Shown here in pieces: positions 16,301 through 23,096 of a stretch of DNA of 32,000 bases. A model generated the notes under the pieces. That model did no database searches. It saw only the letters and a program-made list of their open reading frames with translations, and was not told the origin of the DNA. A program made the translations under genes and the position numbers. The DNA is taken from assembly GCA_963662715.1 (NCBI GenBank), contig OY759724.1:540001-572000 (forward strand). Direction: 5' to 3'. Each line of letters starts with the position of its first letter. Within the stretch, counting starts at the first letter, position 1. The DNA comes from Candidatus Omnitrophota bacterium (GTDB lineage: Bacteria > Omnitrophota > Gorgyraeia > Zapsychrales > JANLHA01).

Positions 16301-17979
16301 TAGACATGATCGAAGAAACTCTCGTGAAAAAAATTAACTTGACCACGAGACGAAATAATCAAACCTTCAGAAGTAAGAATATCTATGGCGTTCGGAAAAT
16401 CGTCTAGAATTGAATTCGGCGCACTCAGCTTTTGACGTTCACTCATCCAATTACTTAATACGGTTAAAGGTTGAATGACTGACCATTGTAGATTCCGATC
16501 CCTTGATATAGTTCTCTGTTTCTTTTCAAGCAATTTCTCATGAAGATTGGAACGGGACTGAAATGATACTGCCGAATCACCTATTTCCAGAAAAACGGCA
16601 AGATTAACCGGCAAACGGAGTAATTGACGTTGTGGTTCATTCAGGGAAGAGACATCAAATGCCTTTCTTTTTAGAAGAGGCTCAACCTCAGCTTTCCAAT
16701 CAAGCAAAGGAACTTCAATTTGTTTTGTCTTATTATTATTCTTCAGGCTTTTAAATCTCGGATCACTATCCAGGTCAAACGTTCGGCATACTGCAACGAT
16801 TTTGACATTTCCAAAATTATGTGCGTCAGCCATCAACCGGAATATAACCTCCTTTATTTGCCCATCCCGGCCAGAAACTTCACTAACAGCATCAACCTGA
16901 TCAATAAACAGAACAGAAGGCTGATCAGGAAATGTTCCCCTCAATGTACTAACAGGGCTTTCTTCCCGGCCTGTCAATCCCTTCCCAAGATCCTCTCTAT
17001 TGCTGCATGATAAATAATGATCGACTCTAAAAGCTAAGCAAGGTATTTCTTTTGCTTCCAACTGATTTATCACCTCACGAATAACTCCTGACTTTCCGGA
17101 ACCTGCAACGCCTGTCAGCAAGACTAATTCTGCCCCATCTGCTTTAAGGATTTCATCTAAAAGTGCGGTCGATTGACTTCTGGAAATAGTTTCTCCTCCA
17201 GCGCCAAAAGGCGTATATGTTTGAAGATACGCAGCAGTTTCTTCCTTCAACCGCTGTTGAATCGAGGGATCAAGTGACCATTCTTTAATTCTTAATACAT
17301 TCTGTGATTTTATGGCATTTCGTATGACCTCTGTTGTAAGAATTTTATTGAAATGCCTTTCAAGAATATCCCGAAGATTTGGGAAGGCGGACTTCCCTCC
17401 CACTTGGAAGTATAGATCCCCATAAGAATCAATTAAAGAATCTAACTCTCTTGCCGGAATAACTTCAACATGACTTCGCTTAAGCCATTCTAAGACGACC
17501 TCCTCTGTCTGTTGCCATTCCGTTTTCAATTGTTCAAAATGGTCTATCTGGGCTTGATTGAGGAATTCAGTAAATTGTTTAATAGAGGTAGCTATCTGGG
17601 CTTTTTCCGTAAGAACTCTAAAGTCTTTAGCATTATCCTGTGACACAAAAAAACAATGGGCGTTTTCATCCTCTGAAAACCGATTGGAGAAAGCCTTCAG
17701 GACGCCTTCTCTTTTGAGAGCATTGATAGTCCAATTCCCCCCAGGAGAATTCATTTTAGTCTGATGCCATTCTGTAACCGGCCCCCTAGCGATAGCAAAT
17801 TCAAATCCTTGATATTCAGTTTCGATACATTCAAAATTCAGCCAGTCTGCATTGCCTGCAATAACATCCAGTAAAGAACGAACCACCCATTTTGCTTCAT
17901 ATCTATTCCCGAGTTTATCCCATATCCCCCCTATATTTTGTTTGGCGTCATTTTTTTCCTTTAAAATATTCGTTTTCAT
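13351..17979 (-). CDS. Giant STAND/NACHT-like P-loop NTPase with an N-terminal PD-(D/E)xK-like (Cap4/Mrr-like) module and a long C-terminal helical HEAT-like repeat region (Avs/bNACHT-like architecture)
   Basis: 1542 aa. Walker A LLTGVAGSGKSG (aa 287-298, nt about 17089..17115). Walker B VLFIDQVDAVSE (aa 356-367). The NACHT-like strand KIVAVCRTFD follows. The N-terminal approx. 130 aa read YEAKWVVRSLLDVI...LNFECIE...GFEFAI...EWHQTK, a pattern of acidic residues plus QxK that resembles a nuclease. The C-terminal approx. 1100 aa are helical, with HEAT-like units such as DEDEHVRNQAADAFRNV. The ATG is 1 nt after the upstream stop (TGAtATG). Confidence 0.7.
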   Translation of the reverse strand: MKTNILKEKNDAKQNIGGIWDKLGNRYEAKWVVRSLLDVIAGNADWLNFECIETEYQGFEFAIARGPVTEWHQTKMNSPGGNWTINALKREGVLKAFSNRFSEDENAHCFFVSQDNAKDFRVLTEKAQIATSIKQFTEFLNQAQIDHFEQLKTEWQQTEEVVLEWLKRSHVEVIPARELDSLIDSYGDLYFQVGGKSAFPNLRDILERHFNKILTTEVIRNAIKSQNVLRIKEWSLDPSIQQRLKEETAAYLQTYTPFGAGGETISRSQSTALLDEILKADGAELVLLTGVAGSGKSGVIREVINQLEAKEIPCLAFRVDHYLSCSNREDLGKGLTGREESPVSTLRGTFPDQPSVLFIDQVDAVSEVSGRDGQIKEVIFRLMADAHNFGNVKIVAVCRTFDLDSDPRFKSLKNNNKTKQIEVPLLDWKAEVEPLLKRKAFDVSSLNEPQRQLLRLPVNLAVFLEIGDSAVSFQSRSNLHEKLLEKKQRTISRDRNLQWSVIQPLTVLSNWMSERQKLSAPNSILDDFPNAIDILTSEGLIISSRGQVNFFHESFFDHVYARAFVNQNTSIISFLTTIEQHLFRRTQVRQILETLRQNDPQRYLAELSSVLFSKDIRFHIKTAICQWLNSIDNPNEQEFEIISRFDDQSGRFHQLFRKAVLSTQAWFDLLNEKKWIQNQLEARNKERLETVLWWLSHIAGERPAEIASILRSWWGDDTERADQLLNWFGFVRRNKPDDDLLQLCEDVINSHPKDLFQNRGRDRIMMLLHTWGEKSPERCGRVLHSLFEAWFALNPGRNPFERDELKAFDTHSLGELAKKAPQAFLQGTINALTRSIDMVVTEGEKGKNWYNFNYRTFSGDRFGFDGFLGMFRSAFKQVSKDNPEISDGYLEKLNPDKHECFMHLHLEVIQSNPEYFGNHLSDLIANKMSFDAGYQGTDWLSFAQACQAAFPYLDTEKKNTIEQAILNYKPGIDFAISRLQRINQEGETEPFLTKKGAIYDLNRSGYEQWCILEKIGEELLGPTVRTRLHELRRKFQKGRIAEPCQSGAYFVGSPIKRAQCEKMKDKHWLSAIKRYDNDEDRRRGHGFVDGGARQLASELQEATKKDPKRFSDLSLKISDDAHDSYIRAILYGLAETETASDESLVQAVKRAHMHSKKPFGREVARLIEKHPQVAGDSEILELLIWYALNGEADEGKDSDIQNAEREVMNIESLLQRGGQIHIRGISGVRGQAWEALSAVLWQVAETEDRVWEVIDIALDNEPLISVRCCMIKTLTPLFNKDKKRFTTSLQKLIILPNDSPHQSDIQRLYPLITHQGVYLFPYIFHWLPELAAELIPKLLESGDETMGLVGAWLVFGESFRNESYIDQANKLALKSVHHRRLLADVACDVITWAENRHRAEALLKEFFFDEDEHVRNQAADAFRNVPAQDVGLYHDLADVFLKSPAFVNNGFAVLHMLEEATCDVLDLVLEAAQQVIKDIAEKGDQHGRRGTDVHQLQDLLRREYVSSESNAEARRKILDLIDLMLVNEIYGADNIVTTHDRW

Positions 17980-17980
17980 A

Positions 17981-18520
17981 TCAAACCCCCATCGCCCTCA
18001 GGATAGCATCGAGTTCGACAACATCCTGACGCCGCTCATCAAGAAGATCCCTGGGGAATATTTTTGTATATGAGCGCTTGTCTGATTTCTTATCTTGTCG
18101 AATGTACTTTTCCTCAAAGGCGCATTTACAGGAATCCGTTGTCTTTGCCTCCTGTGAAAATTTGGAATCTACGATCGTCAAGAACAAGCCTTCTATACAT
18201 GGCGTCGCGTTTAATATTTGAATGGACGGCTTTTTGCTCATTCGTCTTTTCAGCTCTCCGGCCGGAACGAAAGGTAAATCTTTATCGATGAGAACAAAAC
18301 ATTGATCATATGACCGGCTGCTTCTTAGGCGTATGGCCTTCTCAATGACACTTTGAGGCGAACCGCCCGAGCCGGACTCGACTTTAACCGCGATATCCAT
18401 ATCCCGAGTAACGTAAGTCTGCTGAACATGCTGTAAGAATGCTTTTTCCGTCGGCCCCTCCCCAACAATCAAAATTGTCTTTTTTGTACGTCTCGGTTTT
18501 CGCCTTGGCCGCGATACCAT
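17981..18520 (-). CDS. RloB-like (Toprim-like) protein, AbiLii-like
   Basis: 179 aa. TILIVGEGPTEKAFLQHV matches the RloB N-terminal motif (ilIvcEGekTE.xYF). YDQCFVLIDKD matches the acidic D.D motif. NATPCIEGLFL matches the nPcFE.w motif. An AGGAGG Shine-Dalgarno sequence overlaps the stop codon of the upstream ATPase gene. Confidence 0.7.
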   Translation of the reverse strand: MVSRPRRKPRRTKKTILIVGEGPTEKAFLQHVQQTYVTRDMDIAVKVESGSGGSPQSVIEKAIRLRSSRSYDQCFVLIDKDLPFVPAGELKRRMSKKPSIQILNATPCIEGLFLTIVDSKFSQEAKTTDSCKCAFEEKYIRQDKKSDKRSYTKIFPRDLLDERRQDVVELDAILRAMGV

Positions 18521-18529
18521 AGAGCCTCC

Positions 18530-19759
18530 TTAAATATTGGGTACCGCGCCGTACGCGCCGGCCATGTATTTGGCATAAATATTATCGTCTCGCCGCACTC
18601 CTTTTAAGTCATCCAAACGATACAGCTCGCTTTTACAATCCTTATTCTTTTCGACTAATACAATCTGCTCTTTTTCAAGATGATTTAATATCTCAAGCGA
18701 ATGCGATGTGAATAAGAGCTGCGTATTCTTTGGATTGGTATCCGGATTGGCAAAGAGTTCAATGATACAAGGAAGTGTATGTGGATGCAGATCTATCTCT
18801 AGCTCATCAATAACAGCCACGCCTCCCTGCTCAATCGCCGGCAAAAGAAAATGCAACAGAACAAACATATTCTTTGTCCCGCTGGACTCAAAGGCAAACG
18901 GCAAGTGATACATTTTTCCTTCAACAACGTGAACACCTAATGCACGATAAACCTTTCTAACTTCGCCAGTCTCGACATTCTGTGCATCACCTTCTTGAAT
19001 CGCAATGTCGTTCAATCCAAGATCAATGTCTTTCAAGAACTGTGTTGCCTTCTTAAATAATTTCTGATTTTTTCTATACTCTTCAGTCGCCTGAAACAGC
19101 CCTTGTTCTCCTAAAGATGCGGTATCCCAAGTCTTTCCCACACGATTGACATTACTGATAATTCCCTGCCAAAATTCTGAAATTTTTGTGATGGTCTCAT
19201 TCTTGATGGCAACCCCGGCAGCAATCAAAGAAACATTCCTGCGTAATATCTCTTTAATGACTTCGGCTCTCAGATTAATGCGCTGGATGATATCAGATTC
19301 TTCCTTTGTTGGATCCCAAAGGCGTTTAAAAAGATAGTTGAAATGATTGGTTGTTTTATCCTTTAAATATAAATCCTCTTTCAGAACGTGTGTTCTGCAT
19401 AAATAAAGAACATATTTATAAATTTCACCACCCTGCTCATAAACGATTTCAAACTCTGCTATACCTTTTTGATTCTTTGAAAAGGAGAATGTATCAAGGG
19501 GAATTGACTCTTTCTCCCCCTCCAACCCGGCAAAAGAATTACGCACAAACCAGCCAAGAAAAGACAAGGCCTTAAGCGCACTGGTTTTTCCGGACGCATT
19601 AGGGCCAATCACCGTTGTGACTTTGCTTAGCCGTGTGCCAGCCGGACTGTCACAAAACATGTTACTTTTTGTCTCCACTCCCTTTCGTAAGACTTCGAAA
19701 TTGATCGTGGATTCTTCGGCAAAGGAGCAGAAATTCTTGAATGTAAACGAATGGATCAT
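18530..19759 (-). CDS. ABC/SMC-head-like ATPase of the AAA_21 type (RloA / AbiLi-like)
   Basis: N-terminus MIHSFTFKNFCSF. Walker A GPNASGKTS. Signature-like ESSGTKN. Walker B VAVIDELEIDLHP. H-loop region LFTSHS. C-terminal YGAVPNI. The track start is 19771, but the ATG at 19759 is preceded by GGAGG at a 5-nt spacing and gives the canonical MI.sF.fKNF N-terminus. Confidence 0.8.
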   Translation of the reverse strand: MIHSFTFKNFCSFAEESTINFEVLRKGVETKSNMFCDSPAGTRLSKVTTVIGPNASGKTSALKALSFLGWFVRNSFAGLEGEKESIPLDTFSFSKNQKGIAEFEIVYEQGGEIYKYVLYLCRTHVLKEDLYLKDKTTNHFNYLFKRLWDPTKEESDIIQRINLRAEVIKEILRRNVSLIAAGVAIKNETITKISEFWQGIISNVNRVGKTWDTASLGEQGLFQATEEYRKNQKLFKKATQFLKDIDLGLNDIAIQEGDAQNVETGEVRKVYRALGVHVVEGKMYHLPFAFESSGTKNMFVLLHFLLPAIEQGGVAVIDELEIDLHPHTLPCIIELFANPDTNPKNTQLLFTSHSLEILNHLEKEQIVLVEKNKDCKSELYRLDDLKGVRRDDNIYAKYMAGAYGAVPNI

Positions 19760-19798
19760 ATTTTCCTCCATTTAGGAATAGAATAGCCTATCTGATAC

Positions 19799-19850
19799 AG
19801 TGAAATAATATCATTTCAACATAATTTTGTCAAATATAAATTATTTCACT
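19799..19850. promoter_or_regulatory. Nested inverted repeats overlapping the operon promoter (operator or recombinase-site candidate)
   Basis: Outer perfect 11-bp inverted repeat AGTGAAATAAT (19799..19809) / ATTATTTCACT (19840..19850), with a 30-nt spacer that contains the -35 element. Inner palindrome TGAAAT-AATATC-ATTTCA (19801..19818) covers the -10 element. Confidence 0.4.
19805..19833 (-). promoter_or_regulatory. Near-consensus sigma70-type promoter of the ATPase/RloB/STAND operon
   Basis: The minus strand reads TTGACA (19833..19828), a 17-nt spacer (aaattatgttgaaatga) and TATTAT (19810..19805). It sits about 45 nt upstream of the ATPase start, in the 74-nt gap after the recombinase stop. 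Confidence 0.55.
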
Positions 19851-20727
19851 CAATAAAATCATCCTTTGGGATGTTTTCCTCGCAAAACTCAATAATCTCC
19901 TTCCAGCGCTCCTCAGGTGTCTCAACCATGATCTTACACGCCCTCTGAATTAACTCTTCTACTGATAAGGCGCTGGCGGGAATTATATCGTTTTCTATTA
20001 TTCCCTTTCTTGTCGGCTTTGATTCCCGCTTCTTGACCTTGTACAACTTGGCCAAGGCCGCTTTGGTGTCTTCGTTGATCAAGCTTATATATGTTTCGGT
20101 GGTGTTGACGGATGAATGGCCGAGCTGTTCTTTGACAAGCTTGATGTTCTGTCCGGCCTTGAGCAGAAACGTTCCATAAGTATGCCGCAAACAATGGATC
20201 GAATATTGTTCGGATAGACCGGCCTCTTTCAGGCATCGCTTAAAGGCCTTCTGAAGTGCCCGTTTTGTTAATGGCTCACCCTCGTCTGAACTCAACACGA
20301 AACAATCCGGGTCATTGCTTAATCCTGATCTTTCACGAAGGATAAAGAATTCCTTGCATATTCTTTTGAATTCCGCGTTAATCCAGACAGAGCGTTTGCG
20401 GCCGCCCTTCCCGTTTTGGACGACGACGGAGGATTGTCTTCCGTCGATAAGCACATCACCGACCTTTAGCTGCCGCATTTCATCAACTCTCAATCCGGTG
20501 AATAGTCCAAGTTCGATCATAAACCAGTCACGAATAAGGAAAAACTTTTGATGCCGGATTCCTTCCTCTTTCAATTCCAAACAGGCGTTCCTAAGGCGAT
20601 CAACATCCGTAATACTGAGGATTTTGTTTTCGCTGATGGTCCATTTAAATGACTTTTTCTTTGGTTCACTTTTCATCTGTTTAATGAACCACTGAATTAG
20701 CCTCATAATAGACGTGATTACACACAA
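19846..20727 (-). CDS. Tyrosine site-specific recombinase (phage-integrase family), compact form lacking an N-terminal core-binding domain
   Basis: Catalytic residues: TGLRVDE (Arg I at track aa 80), HCLRHTYGT (HxxR) and GHSSVNTTETY (His and the nucleophilic Tyr at aa 213). The catalytic domain starts around aa 36. About 80 aa follow the Tyr. Alternative starts are at 20706 and 20676. Confidence 0.85.
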   Translation of the reverse strand: MCVITSIMRLIQWFIKQMKSEPKKKSFKWTISENKILSITDVDRLRNACLELKEEGIRHQKFFLIRDWFMIELGLFTGLRVDEMRQLKVGDVLIDGRQSSVVVQNGKGGRKRSVWINAEFKRICKEFFILRERSGLSNDPDCFVLSSDEGEPLTKRALQKAFKRCLKEAGLSEQYSIHCLRHTYGTFLLKAGQNIKLVKEQLGHSSVNTTETYISLINEDTKAALAKLYKVKKRESKPTRKGIIENDIIPASALSVEELIQRACKIMVETPEERWKEIIEFCEENIPKDDFIE

Positions 20728-21394
20728 CTATAAAAATGTTGTGAAAAGGTAACAATTTGCGCCTAAAATGTATTTATCGAAGACAAAAATAAAGAAAGGA
20801 GTTCATATTTCAGATGAAAGGTGAACTGCTGGAAAGAGAGAAATTCTTTTATTGGTGGGATAATTTTAAGAGAGATTGATAAATCTCTCGTCGAGGATTA
20901 GATTAAAAGGTTCTGACGTCCGGTCAGGGTCTAAATTGTATAATTATAACTAGTTGCAATTAAATAGGTTGCAATGCAAAAAATCTGGGGTCATATCTGT
21001 GTACCCTAACCCACGCAATGCTTATCCACAAATGATATTTGATAATTCATCCGTATAACTATTCTAAAAATCTCTTGCCTTTCCCTAATATTACACTTTT
21101 CGAAAAGAGTTTGCAAATTATTCGATGCCGTTTTCAGCCTTTTGAAAATGGGATTCTATGATCAATATGAAGTTATAAATTTGAGTTAATTGCGAGCTAT
21201 ACTCGCTTAAACAGCTTGCTTAAACAGTTTAACCTGTCATAATATATCTAAAGAACTATTTTCTGCGTAAATTGGTTTTGTGTTTTTATGCTTTCCTTCC
21301 CTGAGAACTTTGAAAAGCTCATACCAATTTCTCGACTGAAGCTCATGTTTCTCATTTTTTTTAACCTTTGCACAAATATTTTTATATCAGATAT

Positions 21395-23056
21395 ATGAAC
21401 AGAACACTTTCAGATCGAATCGTTATTACAGGTGAACCTATCGTGGCGGGATTTGCCATAGGACGGGTTTTTTATTACCAGGATGTTATAACGCGTGAAC
21501 TTGAATTGTTGAGCATCAATGAGAACCAGGTAGAAGGCGAAGTTCAAAGACTAAAAAACGCCCTGAATAAAGCACATCTCGATCTTGCCAACCTTAAATC
21601 ACAAGTGACTTCGGACATTGACGCAAAACACGCTGAGATATTCAATGTCCATCAAATGATATTAAAAGATATTGATCTCATCAAAGAAATAGAAAAAGAA
21701 ATAGAAAATAAATTATTGAACGTAGAGCAAGTCGTCCAAAATGTATTCCAACGACAGGAACAAAAATTGCGCGGAGCCAAGAATAATATTTTTCAAGAAA
21801 GAGCGAATGATGTTGTCGATGTCGGCAGGCGGCTCCTTAAAGCCCTTATGGGTGTAAACAAAAACAATCTATCCACTCTTCCTGATAATGCGGTTATCTT
21901 TGCGCAAAGACTGCTTCCTTCGGATACGGCTCTTTTAAACGTAAAAAATGCAAAGGCTATCGTGACGGTGGAAGGAGCGCAAAATTCTCATGCCGCGATT
22001 CTTGCTAGAGCCCTTGACATCCCTTTTGTTGCAAAAATTAATATCCCAAATGGTCACCTCTTATCCGAGAAACAAATTATCGTTGATGGTGAAAAAGGGG
22101 AAGTTGTCATTAACCCCACTCCTGCGGAACTCAAATCGTATCCTCAATTGATTCAAGAACGGTTAAAATCAAAGCAAAAAATCATTCAAGAAATTAAAGA
22201 TATCACACTTAAAAAAGACGATGAGCTCATTCGGGTATATGCAAACGTATCTTCACAAAGCGAGTTTAAAATGGCCAGGATGTTTAAAGCTGATGGGATC
22301 GGACTTTATCGAACCGAACCCTTTTATATGGGGAGAAGTGATCTGCCCAACGAAGATGAGCTTTTTGCTAAATTGACTAAAACTTTAAATGATGTGTCAG
22401 CCCAAAATGTTTTCCTTCGGCTGCTGGATATCAGCGGGGACAAGACTCTTCCCTTTCTGAATTTTATCGACTTGAAGGATCCGGCTTTAGGGTTAAATGG
22501 TATTCGTTTTCTTTTAAAATACCCACGCTTATTAGAATTACAACTGCGTGTTTTCTTAAGATTGAGCGCTAAATTTAATATCAATGTCGTCGTGCCCATG
22601 GTTACACTTGCCTCAGATATGAAGGATGTCTGTCAGTATCTTTCCCAAGAGAAAGAAAAACTTACAAAAGAGAACCTTCCCTTTAATTCTAAAATTCCCG
22701 TAGGGGCAATGATTGAGACGCCGGCAGCCCTCATGAGCATTGATGAACTTCTTAAATATTGTGACTTTTTAAGTTTTGGGACTAACGATTTAGTGCAGTA
22801 TGTTATGGCGGCCGGGAGAGAAAAACTTGATGTTGCCGATTATTATGAAGCCGGAAATCAATTGATTCTGCCTGCACTTAAAACAGCCATCCAGAAAGCA
22901 AAAGAGCTTGGCAAAGAATGCTGTATATGCGGAGAATTAGCCGGTAACCTGAAGTTTACTGAGGACCTTTTGAATATTGGAATTAGAAATTTCAGTGTGC
23001 AACCTTCATTGATTCCAACTGTCAAAAATAAAATCCATGATATTCTTTTCAAATAA
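21395..23056 (+). CDS. ptsI: Phosphoenolpyruvate-protein phosphotransferase (PTS enzyme I)
   Basis: Phospho-His region EGAQNSHAAILARALDIPFV. GIGLYRTEPFYM. FLSFGTNDLVQY. CCICGELAG. About 553 aa from the ATG at 21395; the track uses an upstream TTG at 21368. Confidence 0.88.
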   Translation: MNRTLSDRIVITGEPIVAGFAIGRVFYYQDVITRELELLSINENQVEGEVQRLKNALNKAHLDLANLKSQVTSDIDAKHAEIFNVHQMILKDIDLIKEIEKEIENKLLNVEQVVQNVFQRQEQKLRGAKNNIFQERANDVVDVGRRLLKALMGVNKNNLSTLPDNAVIFAQRLLPSDTALLNVKNAKAIVTVEGAQNSHAAILARALDIPFVAKINIPNGHLLSEKQIIVDGEKGEVVINPTPAELKSYPQLIQERLKSKQKIIQEIKDITLKKDDELIRVYANVSSQSEFKMARMFKADGIGLYRTEPFYMGRSDLPNEDELFAKLTKTLNDVSAQNVFLRLLDISGDKTLPFLNFIDLKDPALGLNGIRFLLKYPRLLELQLRVFLRLSAKFNINVVVPMVTLASDMKDVCQYLSQEKEKLTKENLPFNSKIPVGAMIETPAALMSIDELLKYCDFLSFGTNDLVQYVMAAGREKLDVADYYEAGNQLILPALKTAIQKAKELGKECCICGELAGNLKFTEDLLNIGIRNFSVQPSLIPTVKNKIHDILFK

Positions 23057-23096
23057 TAAATTAAAGATGAAGACATTTTTTCTTATCTTCTCTTAA

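Noticed and set aside
12814-19859. A possible direct repeat, TTTCACT(C)AATAAAA, at 12814..12828 and 19844..19858, bracketing the defence operon like att sites.
   Set aside because: The match is only about 14 nt, has an indel and lies in very AT-rich DNA. The recombinase gene would lie outside the bracketed segment. This is not distinguishable from chance by eye.
19934-20551. Alternative-frame ORFs inside the recombinase gene (19934..20236 minus strand, 20315..20551 plus strand).
   Set aside because: The recombinase frame contains the complete catalytic motif set, so the overlapping frames are shadows.
20814-20879. A 21-aa ORF (MKGELLEREKFFYWWDNFKRD) with an AAGGAG about 13 nt upstream, followed by a GAGAGAT/ATCTCTC hairpin.
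   Set aside because: It is too short, the Shine-Dalgarno spacing is long, and there is no supporting homology. I leave it as part of the non-coding gap finding.
20728-21394. I searched for a tRNA gene as an integration target next to the recombinase.
   Set aside because: I saw no T-loop (GGTTCGAATCC-like) or acceptor-stem pattern. This cannot be fully excluded without tRNAscan-SE or ARAGORN.
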